A stretch of 59,744 bases of DNA from IMG/VR virus record IMGVR_UViG_3300025127_000035, positions 1-59,744 of that record; one strand, 5' to 3'. Shown in pieces: positions 29,742-39,767 of this stretch (the first letter of the stretch is position 1; each line of letters starts with the position of its first letter). Under the pieces are notes generated by a model. That model did no database searches. It was given only the letters and a program-made list of their open reading frames with translations, and had not been told where the DNA came from. Made by a program: the position numbers and the translations under genes. The stretch is from a virus (taxonomy: Duplodnaviria > Caudoviricetes).

Positions 29742-30230
29742 ATGTCGGACAAATGGAAAAAATCAGCACAACCGCCTCCTCCAATGTTTTTAGGAGAGAA
29801 AGAAAGAGATCTTGTTAAACAAGTAAACGATGAGATTATTGAAAGAGTTATCGGACAACAGATTCTGTACTTTCCAATTGATATAGATCATACAAACTAT
29901 CATCCACTTTATGGCGAGGCCATAGAAAAAACTTTTTTACCACCTATAAGAGTGTTTGCACTTGTTGAGTATGGTGGAGAGGAAACAAACTTTTTATCAA
30001 ATATCGCAGTCGATACAATGGAAAAGATAACTGTTAAATTTCATAGAAGAAGATTAACAGAGGACCAAGACCTAGAGGTCAGAGTTGGTGATTTTGTTAG
30101 ATATGGCGATATTTACTATGAAATCATGAAAAAATCGGAACCCAAGCATCTTTTTGGACAACCGGAACATGAATTTGAAACAATCGCAGAGTGTATAAGA
30201 GCGAGAGACGGAGTATTCAATGCCAGTTAA
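29742..30230 (+). CDS. Neck/head-completion protein (gp14-like)
   Basis: GQQILYF, LYGEA, VGDFV..YYEI; position. Confidence 0.65.
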   Translation: MSDKWKKSAQPPPPMFLGEKERDLVKQVNDEIIERVIGQQILYFPIDIDHTNYHPLYGEAIEKTFLPPIRVFALVEYGGEETNFLSNIAVDTMEKITVKFHRRRLTEDQDLEVRVGDFVRYGDIYYEIMKKSEPKHLFGQPEHEFETIAECIRARDGVFNAS

Positions 30231-31059
30231 AGAGATAGTTTTTGAGCCCTCTACAATAGAGACAATAGACACTGGATTGTATGATTGGGTTGATAATACG
30301 CTTGCTCTTCACACCACAACAAACAGTGGATGGAAGAAAGTTCCAGTTATTTGGCTTGGCGCAGAGAGATCGTTTCAAGTTAAAAAAGACCAACTTTTAA
30401 GAGACGATGACGACAGATTAAAACTCCCCATAATTTCGGTGACTAGAGAATCTATCTCAAAAGACCCAACTTTTAAGGGAAGATTTCAAGCTCATTATGA
30501 TCAAAAGAGTGACTATAAAGGCGGTGCAGTTACAATAACACGCAGAATACAACAAGATAAAACCAGAAATTTTACAAATGCAGATTTGGCGAGATTATTA
30601 AAAGATAGTAGAGAAACTGGGCCACAATTAAACAATAAAGGTAAAATTGTTTATCAAGAAATAACAATCCCAGTGCCCTCATATGTCACTGTTATGTACA
30701 ATATCATCCTTAGAACAGAGTATCAGCAGCAAATGAACGACCTAGTTGCCCCTTTTATCGCTAAAACGGGAAATATAAATGGCTTTTTCTTTGAACAAGA
30801 GGGGTATAAATATGAAGGGTTCATTCAGCCAGATTTTACTGAAGTTAAAAATGTTAAGGATTTGGGCGACGACGAGCGAATGTTTGAAACAATTGTGTCC
30901 ATAAAAGTGCTTGGATATTTAATTGGAGAAGGCAAAAATCAAGAGCGTCCTAAAGTGACTATCAGAGAGAACTATGTTAAAATTCGGGTATCTAGAGAGC
31001 GCGTCATTGCTGGAGACAAGGTTCCATGGAAAGAAAAAGACAACGATTACAGAGAATAG
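30220..31059 (+). CDS. Tail terminator/sheath stabiliser (gp15-like)
   Basis: KVPVI, LPIISV, P...YNI...QMNDL motifs; precedes the sheath gene. Confidence 0.65.
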   Translation: MPVKEIVFEPSTIETIDTGLYDWVDNTLALHTTTNSGWKKVPVIWLGAERSFQVKKDQLLRDDDDRLKLPIISVTRESISKDPTFKGRFQAHYDQKSDYKGGAVTITRRIQQDKTRNFTNADLARLLKDSRETGPQLNNKGKIVYQEITIPVPSYVTVMYNIILRTEYQQQMNDLVAPFIAKTGNINGFFFEQEGYKYEGFIQPDFTEVKNVKDLGDDERMFETIVSIKVLGYLIGEGKNQERPKVTIRENYVKIRVSRERVIAGDKVPWKEKDNDYRE

Positions 31060-31119
31060 GTTTTTAGATTAAAACAATACTATTTACTGTCAGTTAATTA
31101 TTAAAAGGAGAGTATTTTA

Positions 31120-34100
31120 ATGCCTAGAAAGTTTGATTTTGTTTCACCCGGAGTTCAGATCACAGAAGTTGATCAGAGCCAAATTGAGACCCCATTAGCA
31201 GAAGAAGATGGCTTGTTGGTCATCGGTACAGCACAAACCGGCCCTGCCCTTAAACCAATTAAAATTAAAAGTTTAGACAATTTTCTTGATATCTTTGGAA
31301 AGCCGATAAGCGGCAAAGGTACAGTTAATGATGATGTTTGGCGTGACGGCAATAATCAAAATCCGTCATATGCTATGTACGCAGCACAGGCTTGGCTTGC
31401 ATCAGAAACCACTCCTCTTACTTTTGTTCGCTTGCTTGGAGAAGATCATCCAAGTAGCACTGGTGTAAAAGCTGGTTGGAATCTTGGTGGTGCTGTTCTT
31501 AGCGGTCAGCCAAATGCATCTGTAAGTGCTTATGGTCTTTTCTTGGTGCCTTCTGCCTCTGCTACTGCAAACCCCACCGGAACACTTGCTGCTGTATTTT
31601 ATACAAGCGGATCCACCATAACCTTGAGTGGTACGATAGCGGAACGCCCATCACTAACAACTTCTTCGGCTGGTACTCTGATCAAATCAATATCGTCCGG
31701 TCAAGCCGCAACATTCCAAATTGATATTTCTGATAGCACAGCACAACTTCCGGGTGCCTCTTATGCACCAGCAGAATCACTTATCGTTCATTTAAATCCT
31801 GACGAGAAAACAAGTTATATTAGAAATGTTGCCAATACAAACCCACATAAATTATTTGCAACAAATGCACCATCTGCACAAGTAAAGAAATATTTCCTTG
31901 GAGAAACATACGAAGAAGCTGTAAAGCGTTTAGTAACAGATGTATCATCTTCTGCTGGAAACCAATATGGTATAATTTTGCCTCTTGCATCGGGCTCTAC
32001 TGCTGCAAACAATCTTGTAAATCATTTGGGAGCAGCAAGAATTTCAAGATCGGGATATGTTATTAATCGTAACCCAAGCCCAAAAGCAAACAAAGCAAGC
32101 TTCCAAGCAGATGCAATGAAAAAGCTTTTCCGATTCGCATCTTTAAGCGAAGGAAGCTGGTTTGAAAGAAACTATTACATTGTTGTTTCTGACTTGCAGT
32201 TGGGATCAGTACAAAATCCGAACTCTTCTTTCTCTGTTAGTATTCGTAATAAAGCTGGAGACGCTGTAGAACAATTTTCAAACTTAAATCTTGACGAATC
32301 TTCAGAAAACTTTATTGGAAAAAGAATCGGAGATATGTTCCAGACTTGGGACACCGCTAAAAAACGTTATGAATTATTTGGACAATATCCTAATAATTCA
32401 AGCTACATTCGTGTAGAAATGGCCCCAGATTGGGAAGCTGGTATTGATGATGCTTATATGCTTCCATTTGGGTTTTTCGGCCCTGTGCATCCTCAGTCGT
32501 TTACAGTATCTTATGGATCATCAGGCCCTCAAGTTCTTGGCGATGGCGTAAACGACCCCGGTTCTAGATCTAATAGAAGCATTACATATGGCGGTGCAAT
32601 GTCAAACAATGATGATCTTATTTTTACCCACCCAACTGACGGCGTTTTTACAATTAACTTTAAAAACGGTTCAGGTGGGCCACCAACCACCTTCAGCGCA
32701 ACCAACGAAGCTGAAATAAAGCTCACCACAACCGACAATGCAGCTAAAACAGCCGCCGCTGTCTCCACTTTGCTTAATAGCTTAACAGATTATTCAGCAT
32801 CTCAAGATGGGAATGATGTGAGGATCACCGCATCTCTTAATGGTCCTCATTTTAATGTTCTCTTGTCTGAAAATGCTGGGGCGCAGCAAACAATCAGTGC
32901 TCTTGTAGCTGGTACAGATACAGACAATATGGTTCATCCTTATGTTAGGGGTAACAAAACAATGGCTTATGCTGGTGGAGATGACGATGTTTTCGCAATT
33001 TTACCACAAAACTACACAGCATCATTTTCTTTCCCAAGATTAAAGCTCACAGAACAAAATACTTCAAGGAATGGTATAAACTACAACGGAAAAGATTTAT
33101 TTGGCTTAAATCATAAATTCGCCACCGACAACGTTAGGGGTGTGCTTAGTGATAGAAGCTATATCGACCTGCTTCGTTTTCAAGGTGGAGGGATCAATCT
33201 TGATACTGTATCTGATGGAACTCAACACTCATTTGTTTTCTCAATGGATGAAATTCGTGAGTCTAGTGGTAGATTTTACTGGGAATCTGGTTCTGCACCG
33301 GGTGGAAATGCATTTACATCAACGCAAGGAACAAATGCTCTTTTAACAAGTAGCGTTAGACAGTTCGCTCTTCCAATGTTTGGAGGATCAGATGGAGTCG
33401 ATATTACTCAAATTTCACCTTTCTCTTCAAAGACGATTTTAGATAATTACGCAGAAACAACTCACTACGCAAACTATTCAGTTCAAAAAGCAATTGAATC
33501 TATTTCAGACTCTGAAGTTGTTAAGTTTGATGTCTTAGCTATGCCCGGCCTGACCAACACGGCATTAAGCAACGAAATCATTGCTACTGTTGAAGATCGT
33601 GGAGATGCATTAGCGATTATCGATCTTGATGATCAATATAAAGAAACATATGAAAATTCTGGTACAAGAACCGGTGGTGGAATTGATGATGTTAAAGCTA
33701 CCGCTGTAAGTCGAGATCTTAACACAAGCTATGCAGCAACATATTATCCAAGAGTTCGTATGCGAGATACGATCTCAGGAAACGGTGATGTGTTTATTGC
33801 ACCTGCTTCTGTCGCTGCCCTTGGCGCATTGGCCTTCTCAGATGCTAATTCTGATGGTCCATGGTTTGCTCCAGCAGGCTTTAATCGCGGAGGTATTTCG
33901 ATCCTTGGTGGTAATGAAGGTCCTCGCGTCATTGGAACTTGGAAGAATCTTCCAAAAGCAGATCGTGATGAGTTATACGAACTAAACATCAATCCTATTG
34001 CAAGATTCCCAGCCGTGGGTGAAACTGTTATCTTTGGTCAAAAGACACTACAACAAACACCCTCTGCTTTGGACAGAATCAATGTTAGAAGATTAATGGT

Positions 34101-34383
34101 CTTTTTGAAGAAGAAGATCGGTTCTATCGCAGACACAATCTTGTTTGATCAAAATGTACCAGCAACATGGTCACGCTTTAAGTCAAGAGCAGATTTGATT
34201 TTAAGAGACGTTCAGTCAAGATTTGGTATCACAGAATTCAAGCTTGTTCTGGACACAACCACAACTACACCAGATCTAATTGATCAAAATATCTTGTATG
34301 CTAAGATTTTTGTTAAGCCAGCAAGATCAATCGAGTTTATCGCTATAGACTTCATTATTACACGAAGTGGCGTTCAATTCTAG
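31120..34383 (+). CDS. Contractile tail sheath (gp18-like)
   Basis: FVSPGVQITEVD, WFAPAGFNRG, INPI, GQKTL, RINVRRL, IEFI. Confidence 0.97.
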   Translation: MPRKFDFVSPGVQITEVDQSQIETPLAEEDGLLVIGTAQTGPALKPIKIKSLDNFLDIFGKPISGKGTVNDDVWRDGNNQNPSYAMYAAQAWLASETTPLTFVRLLGEDHPSSTGVKAGWNLGGAVLSGQPNASVSAYGLFLVPSASATANPTGTLAAVFYTSGSTITLSGTIAERPSLTTSSAGTLIKSISSGQAATFQIDISDSTAQLPGASYAPAESLIVHLNPDEKTSYIRNVANTNPHKLFATNAPSAQVKKYFLGETYEEAVKRLVTDVSSSAGNQYGIILPLASGSTAANNLVNHLGAARISRSGYVINRNPSPKANKASFQADAMKKLFRFASLSEGSWFERNYYIVVSDLQLGSVQNPNSSFSVSIRNKAGDAVEQFSNLNLDESSENFIGKRIGDMFQTWDTAKKRYELFGQYPNNSSYIRVEMAPDWEAGIDDAYMLPFGFFGPVHPQSFTVSYGSSGPQVLGDGVNDPGSRSNRSITYGGAMSNNDDLIFTHPTDGVFTINFKNGSGGPPTTFSATNEAEIKLTTTDNAAKTAAAVSTLLNSLTDYSASQDGNDVRITASLNGPHFNVLLSENAGAQQTISALVAGTDTDNMVHPYVRGNKTMAYAGGDDDVFAILPQNYTASFSFPRLKLTEQNTSRNGINYNGKDLFGLNHKFATDNVRGVLSDRSYIDLLRFQGGGINLDTVSDGTQHSFVFSMDEIRESSGRFYWESGSAPGGNAFTSTQGTNALLTSSVRQFALPMFGGSDGVDITQISPFSSKTILDNYAETTHYANYSVQKAIESISDSEVVKFDVLAMPGLTNTALSNEIIATVEDRGDALAIIDLDDQYKETYENSGTRTGGGIDDVKATAVSRDLNTSYAATYYPRVRMRDTISGNGDVFIAPASVAALGALAFSDANSDGPWFAPAGFNRGGISILGGNEGPRVIGTWKNLPKADRDELYELNINPIARFPAVGETVIFGQKTLQQTPSALDRINVRRLMVFLKKKIGSIADTILFDQNVPATWSRFKSRADLILRDVQSRFGITEFKLVLDTTTTTPDLIDQNILYAKIFVKPARSIEFIAIDFIITRSGVQF

Positions 34384-34423
34384 AGTATAAACTAATTAAG
34401 TTATAATAAGGAGAAAACAAATT

Positions 34424-34969
34424 ATGGCATTTTGGGCAAACGCAACATCTGAGGCGAAAAGAAATTATAGATTTAAAATCACCATGGAACCATTTGGTGC
34501 AGACAATATCGTGTGGTGGGCAAAAACCGCTACGTTACCGTCTTTTGATGTCTCAGAGATCGAACATAATCATATGGATAATAAATATTATTTTCCCGGT
34601 AGAGTATCTTGGTCTGAAGTTACAATGGCCCTTGTTGATCCTATTTCTCCTGATGCAACTGGCTTATTGAATGAGATGTTAGTTCAAAGTGGCTATATTG
34701 TTCCGGCCAACGAAGCCGTCGCAGCTAATAAATCAACAATTTCTAAGAAAAAAGCCTCAAGCTTAGGCACAGTTAAGATTGATATTCTTGACGCAGAGGG
34801 TAAAGAAATTGAAACTTGGGAATTACAAAACGCATTTATTAAAGCCGCAAACTTTGGATCTTTAGATTATAGTAGTGATGACTTCAAGCAAATCGAATTA
34901 ACTGTTCGTTATGATTGGGCAACATGCACAACTGCAAATGAAACAAGGTTTGAAGCTAAAGGCTCATAA
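34424..34969 (+). CDS. Tail tube protein (gp19-like)
   Basis: RF..LPSF..PGRVSW..W.LQNAF..LDYSSDD..YDW. Confidence 0.85.
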   Translation: MAFWANATSEAKRNYRFKITMEPFGADNIVWWAKTATLPSFDVSEIEHNHMDNKYYFPGRVSWSEVTMALVDPISPDATGLLNEMLVQSGYIVPANEAVAANKSTISKKKASSLGTVKIDILDAEGKEIETWELQNAFIKAANFGSLDYSSDDFKQIELTVRYDWATCTTANETRFEAKGS

Positions 34970-34982
34970 AAAAGGTGTCTAA

Positions 34983-35765
34983 ATGGCTTTTTGGAACTCT
35001 CCAGATGCTAGTCCAGCAAGAAAATATAGATTTAAAGTAGGTCCCGAAGGTGTTATTTGGTGGTATGCTAATTCCGTAACGTTGCCATCTTTTGATATTA
35101 ATGTCTCAGAATATCAACTTGTTAATCAAAGGTTTAAAATACCCGGTACTGTAACATGGGGCGATGTAACCATTAATATGGTTGATGTTTCCGATTCAAT
35201 TGAAAGGGTGAAAAAAGTTTTAGCTGGTCAAGATGTGACACAAACTGGTCCTCAAATTGAAGGTGTAAGAAAAGAAGATAATGAACTAAGAAAAAGACTC
35301 TTAACTGAAAGGCAGCAAAAAATAACAATAGGCACACTTGGTGCCGAAAACCCAGAATTATTTGATAATGATCCAGAATTGAACCGTCTTGCCCAAAGAA
35401 GCATTCAAAACGAAGATGAAATGGGTGGCTCCAACCGAACTTCTAATACGGATGCACCTATTCGACCTCAATCTGATGAAATGATGGAAGCCCTCAAAGT
35501 AAGTCAAAAAACTATAGAGAGAAGATATAAAGAGAGAGGAGACCAGATTTTAGCCCAAGAAAGAGCAAAATTAGCAAAAACAGAACCAGAAGATTTTAAC
35601 GATATTATAATAGAGCAGTTAAAATCAGATGGCTCAAAGTTAAGAACGTGGACTTTAGTAAATTCGTTTATTAGGTCGGTTAACTATGGTGATTTAGATT
35701 ATAGTAGTGACGATTTGGTATCGTTAGAAATTGTTATTGGATATGATTTCTGTAAAATAGAATAA
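34983..35765 (+). CDS. Second tail-tube-fold protein with a central insertion
   Basis: Both ends paralogous to 34424 (MAFW, TLPSFD, PG.V.W, LDYSSDD). Confidence 0.75.
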   Translation: MAFWNSPDASPARKYRFKVGPEGVIWWYANSVTLPSFDINVSEYQLVNQRFKIPGTVTWGDVTINMVDVSDSIERVKKVLAGQDVTQTGPQIEGVRKEDNELRKRLLTERQQKITIGTLGAENPELFDNDPELNRLAQRSIQNEDEMGGSNRTSNTDAPIRPQSDEMMEALKVSQKTIERRYKERGDQILAQERAKLAKTEPEDFNDIIIEQLKSDGSKLRTWTLVNSFIRSVNYGDLDYSSDDLVSLEIVIGYDFCKIE

Positions 35766-35784
35766 TTAATTAAAGAGGTGAAAA

Positions 35785-36633
35785 TTGAGTAGAAACAATA
35801 TGGAACGAATGGGAGCCGTTCCCCAAGCAGAAGCTCCAACCCCAGAGGCAGCAGATGTTCAAAGTCCAATGCATTTTGTTGCCCCGACAGAATTTGTAGA
35901 CTTGCCGTCTAAAGGGTTAGGATACGATAATTCACACCCAATGCACGGCAAGGACACAATTGAAATTAGATACATGACTGCAAAGGATGAAGATATATTG
36001 ACTTCAAAAACGCTTTTGAAAAAGGGCGTTGCTATAGAGCGTTTTTTAGATAATATTATTGTTGATAAAAATGTTAAAGCTTCCTCTTTGTTAGTTGGAG
36101 ATAGAAATGCTATCATTATTGCAGCCAGAATCTCAGGATATGGATCGGATTATAGTACAAACGTCTCTTGTCCGTCATGTGGTAATTCTTCAGATTATGT
36201 TTTTGATTTGGAAAACAAAAAAGTATTTGAATCTTCCACAGACGAAAAGATGGGTTTAACACAAACACCAGAAGGTTTATTTAAAGTAGTGATGCCTTTG
36301 TCTAAGTTTGAAGTTCACTTCAAGCTATTAAAGGGCGAGGATGAAATTTATTTAACGCAATTGGCGTCTAACAAAGCAAAAGGAAATCTTTCTGAGTCTA
36401 ACCTAACCGATCAATATAAGAGAATGATTGTTTCAGTTGGAGGACATACAGAAAAAAATATAATTTCAAAGTTTGTGGATAATTTACCCACTAGAGATTC
36501 TCGTTTTCTTAAGAACTGTTATAAGGTTGCTAATCCAGATGTAAAAGTTATAGACCAATATTCTTGTACCGCATGCGGCTTTGAGCAAGAATTGGAGGTG
36601 CCCTTTGGGGCTGACTTTTTTTGGCCTGAATGA
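35785..36633 (+). CDS. Tail/baseplate assembly chaperone (T4 gp26-like)
   Basis: VDLPSKG, MTAKDEDIL, RISGYG, CPSC and CTAC, C-terminal FFWP. Confidence 0.8.
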   Translation: MSRNNMERMGAVPQAEAPTPEAADVQSPMHFVAPTEFVDLPSKGLGYDNSHPMHGKDTIEIRYMTAKDEDILTSKTLLKKGVAIERFLDNIIVDKNVKASSLLVGDRNAIIIAARISGYGSDYSTNVSCPSCGNSSDYVFDLENKKVFESSTDEKMGLTQTPEGLFKVVMPLSKFEVHFKLLKGEDEIYLTQLASNKAKGNLSESNLTDQYKRMIVSVGGHTEKNIISKFVDNLPTRDSRFLKNCYKVANPDVKVIDQYSCTACGFEQELEVPFGADFFWPE

Positions 36634-36808
36634 TAACTATATTCAAGCGATTTATGAACAATTTTTTCTTTTAAAACATCATGGCGGCTGGTCTTTTATG
36701 GAAGCTTATAATCTACCAGTTGGCTTAAGGTTGTGGTTTTTACAGAGATTGCAAAAACAATTTAAAGATGAAAAGAAAGAGATAGATAAGGCTCATCGAA
36801 AAAGATAA
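36614..36808 (+). CDS. gp51-like chaperone extension, probably reached by frameshift
   Basis: +1 frame reads TFFGLNDNYIQAIYEQFFLLKHHGGWSFMEAYNLPVGLRLWF; no ATG or RBS at its start; T7 run at the overlap. Confidence 0.6.
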   Translation, partial: TFFGLNDNYIQAIYEQFFLLKHHGGWSFMEAYNLPVGLRLWFLQRLQKQFKDEKKEIDKAHRKR

Positions 36809-36810
36809 CT

Positions 36811-36833
36811 AATGCCCGTAAGGGCATTTTTTT
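36811..36833 (+). terminator. Intrinsic terminator
   Basis: AATGCCC-GTAA-GGGCATT followed by TTTTT. Confidence 0.8.
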
Positions 36834-36870
36834 ATTAAAACTATTTACTTGTAATTGGGGAGTATTTTAC

Positions 36871-37221
36871 ATGCTAGTTATTGATTTATCCGATAGGAAA
36901 CTTATTAAAGAGACGTGGATGGAGACTTTTGGCTCTTGGTCCAAATCTTTGTTAAAAATGATGTATGGTGATGACGTTCAAGTTGTTGCAAATGTTAATG
37001 AAGAAGAAGCCGCAGGCCCAAAGTTTATTATTCGTGGAAAGCAAAAAGATGTTAAATCATACGCTATGGCTATAGTGGCTGAGAAAAATTATCTTGATGC
37101 TTATTCAACTTATGGAAAAGAACACTTTCAAACTGTAAAATCTCGCGAAGAACTAAATACAGCAGTGCAAAACTTTGAAGCGACAACTGGGTTGTTGTGG
37201 CCATTCAAAGACGAGGGTTAA
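36871..37221 (+). CDS. Hypothetical protein
   Basis: GGGGAG RBS; ACTATTTA at 36840. Confidence 0.7.
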   Translation: MLVIDLSDRKLIKETWMETFGSWSKSLLKMMYGDDVQVVANVNEEEAAGPKFIIRGKQKDVKSYAMAIVAEKNYLDAYSTYGKEHFQTVKSREELNTAVQNFEATTGLLWPFKDEG

Positions 37222-37224
37222 TGA

Positions 37225-39753
37225 ATGGCGATAAAAGATACGCAAAAGCAAATTGAAGAACTCAATAAACAATTTAAAGAAGGGAAGATCGCACCCGAAG
37301 AATTTCAAAAAAGTTTAGATAAAGTTCTTAAAACCATGAAGGAGTTGGCCGAAGAGACAAAAAAGGTCAACGATCAAACTATTGCACTCGCAGCTAGTGA
37401 AGCTCGGTTAAATGAGATGTTTGGTGATACACTTTCCGCGTATGAAGCTAATGTTGAGATATTAAGGCAGTTTAATGAAGTTTACGGTGATGCCTTTCAA
37501 AACACCGACAATCTAACGCAAGCCCAGATAGAACAAATAAATGCAACCTATGGCTCTGTTGAGGCCATGATTGAAATTAAAGAACGAGCACAAGAATATG
37601 TTGATGAGGTTGATAAACTGGGCCCTGCGTATACAAAAGCATTAAAAAAATCAAAACCATTCTTTGAAGACGCAGCAACAAAATTGGGCCTCTTGTCTAA
37701 ATCAGGAAATAAATTTGTAAAGACACTGAGCGAAATGGGCTCTATGGCTACCCAGCCCGGTGGCCTAAAGGGCTTGGCTAGAGGATTTTATGAGGCATTT
37801 AATCCTTTAAATATTGGTATCTCTATATTATCAAAAGTTGTTGAACAAACAATTAAAATGATGTTCGCTGTTGATAAAGCTGGGGCTGAATTTGTTAAAA
37901 CAACGGGATTTGCCCGTAATTTTGATGGCCTCATTGCATCTACTAATGATAGAATGAAACAGTTTGGAATTTCAGCAGAGGACGCTGCTAAATCAATCGC
38001 TAGTTTAAGACAAGGGTTGTCTCAGTTTGATACACTAACTGGAGCAGTGCAGCAAAAGTTAACCACAACGGTCGCAAGTCTTAATGAAATTGGAGTTTCA
38101 TTTGAAGATTCAACGCAGACTATTTCGTCTTTAAATAAAGCTTTTGGTGTTTCAGCAGATGTCGCTGCGGATGTTACTAGAGAGCTTGCAATGTCTGGAG
38201 ATGTTCTTGGAAAAACGGCTTCTCAAATTACAAAAGATTTTAATAAAAGCTTATCTACTCTCGCAGTGTACGGCACTAGATCTGTAAAGATATTTAAAGA
38301 TATTGCTACAATGGCTTCGACTGCTGGTGTATCAGTAGACTCTTTGATGGGGATCGCTAATAAATTTGATACTTTTTCTGATTCCGCAAAAACAGCGGCT
38401 AAAATGAATGCTATCTTGGGCACAAGTTTTTCTGGTAACAACTTGATGATGATGGATCATGATAAGCGAATAAAACATGTTATAAAAGGAATTCAGCGAT
38501 CTGGTGTCGCATTTGGTAAATTAGACAAATTTACTCAACAAGCGATAGCAAACCAGCTAGGCATAAAAGACATGGGAGAGGCAGCAAAGATTCTTAGCAT
38601 GAATAGCCGAGAATACGATAGAATGAAGCGCAAACAAGCCGAGACAGCAAAAGAACAAGAAGAATTAAATAAAAGAATGAAAGCCGGAATGGATGTTGTA
38701 ACGGAACTCAAATTAATAATGGCTGACTTTGCCGTCAATCTAGAAAAAGGAGGAATAATAGAAAATATAAAGAGTATTGTAAATGGTCTTGGTGAATTTA
38801 TTTTATTTCTCAAAGACTTAAGCCCTTACACCATTGCATTTACTGGGATTATGTTTTCTCTTGGGGGGGCACTTCTTAATACGGTAATGATGATTGGGAA
38901 AGTTAGAATTGTAGGTGCTGCTGCGGGTAAAACCATCGAAGGTGTTGGTAAATCAATTTCAAAAACAATTACAAAAGTCGGTGCTGCAAGTGCAAAAGCT
39001 AGTCCCGGTATAGGCTCTCTCAGCATATCGATGGGTGGTATTGCATTGGTTATCGGTGTTGCTGGTGCTGCTGTTGTTGGAATAACACTGTCGCTAGCGC
39101 ACTTATTTAAAACTTTTGTTGAAGGAGCAATAGCACTTCAAGAGGCTGGGGTTGGTTTTGGATTTGTTGCTGGGTCTCTTGTGTTGTTTGGCGCAGCGAT
39201 ATTTGGCGTGTCTTTTGCAATTAAAGCCTTAGCGGCATCATCTGCTGCTTTAACTGCGACTGGCCCAATTGGCTTGGCTATTGGCGGAGCCATCGCAGGA
39301 CTTGGTGGTGTTGCATTTGGAATAGGGGCTCTAACAAGTGCTTCAAGGCAATCTGCACAGCCAAAAATGGATAATAGCGAACTTTTAAAAAGTGCCGAAA
39401 CTCTCTCAGATCTGTCAACAAAGTTACAGGTTTTAGTGGATAAAAGAGCAGAAATTGAAAAAACATTTGCCGCGATAGGCACAGGGCTCAAAGAAGCAGA
39501 AGATAAGCTCACAGCAGATATAAAAGCAACCATAGCAAACGTTGCTCTTATCACAACAGGTCAAGCCGCTGGTGAAATGACCCAAGGGGCAGCAGGCGCA
39601 GCATTGAGCAGAAACTTAGGTAAATTTATTGATTCCGTTGGTGCATATTTTACAGGCGAGGATAAGAAAAAAGAAAAGGTCTTACTTCAGCTTGATGGAA
39701 AAGCAACAAAAGACCTTCTTAATGGAACTATTGCTGAGGCTCACAAAAGATAA
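37225..39753 (+). CDS. Tape measure protein
   Basis: 842-aa Ala/Gly-rich helical protein with hydrophobic C-terminal stretches; follows the tail chaperone. Confidence 0.8.
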   Translation: MAIKDTQKQIEELNKQFKEGKIAPEEFQKSLDKVLKTMKELAEETKKVNDQTIALAASEARLNEMFGDTLSAYEANVEILRQFNEVYGDAFQNTDNLTQAQIEQINATYGSVEAMIEIKERAQEYVDEVDKLGPAYTKALKKSKPFFEDAATKLGLLSKSGNKFVKTLSEMGSMATQPGGLKGLARGFYEAFNPLNIGISILSKVVEQTIKMMFAVDKAGAEFVKTTGFARNFDGLIASTNDRMKQFGISAEDAAKSIASLRQGLSQFDTLTGAVQQKLTTTVASLNEIGVSFEDSTQTISSLNKAFGVSADVAADVTRELAMSGDVLGKTASQITKDFNKSLSTLAVYGTRSVKIFKDIATMASTAGVSVDSLMGIANKFDTFSDSAKTAAKMNAILGTSFSGNNLMMMDHDKRIKHVIKGIQRSGVAFGKLDKFTQQAIANQLGIKDMGEAAKILSMNSREYDRMKRKQAETAKEQEELNKRMKAGMDVVTELKLIMADFAVNLEKGGIIENIKSIVNGLGEFILFLKDLSPYTIAFTGIMFSLGGALLNTVMMIGKVRIVGAAAGKTIEGVGKSISKTITKVGAASAKASPGIGSLSISMGGIALVIGVAGAAVVGITLSLAHLFKTFVEGAIALQEAGVGFGFVAGSLVLFGAAIFGVSFAIKALAASSAALTATGPIGLAIGGAIAGLGGVAFGIGALTSASRQSAQPKMDNSELLKSAETLSDLSTKLQVLVDKRAEIEKTFAAIGTGLKEAEDKLTADIKATIANVALITTGQAAGEMTQGAAGAALSRNLGKFIDSVGAYFTGEDKKKEKVLLQLDGKATKDLLNGTIAEAHKR

Positions 39754-39767
39754 AAAGAGGAAAAGTT

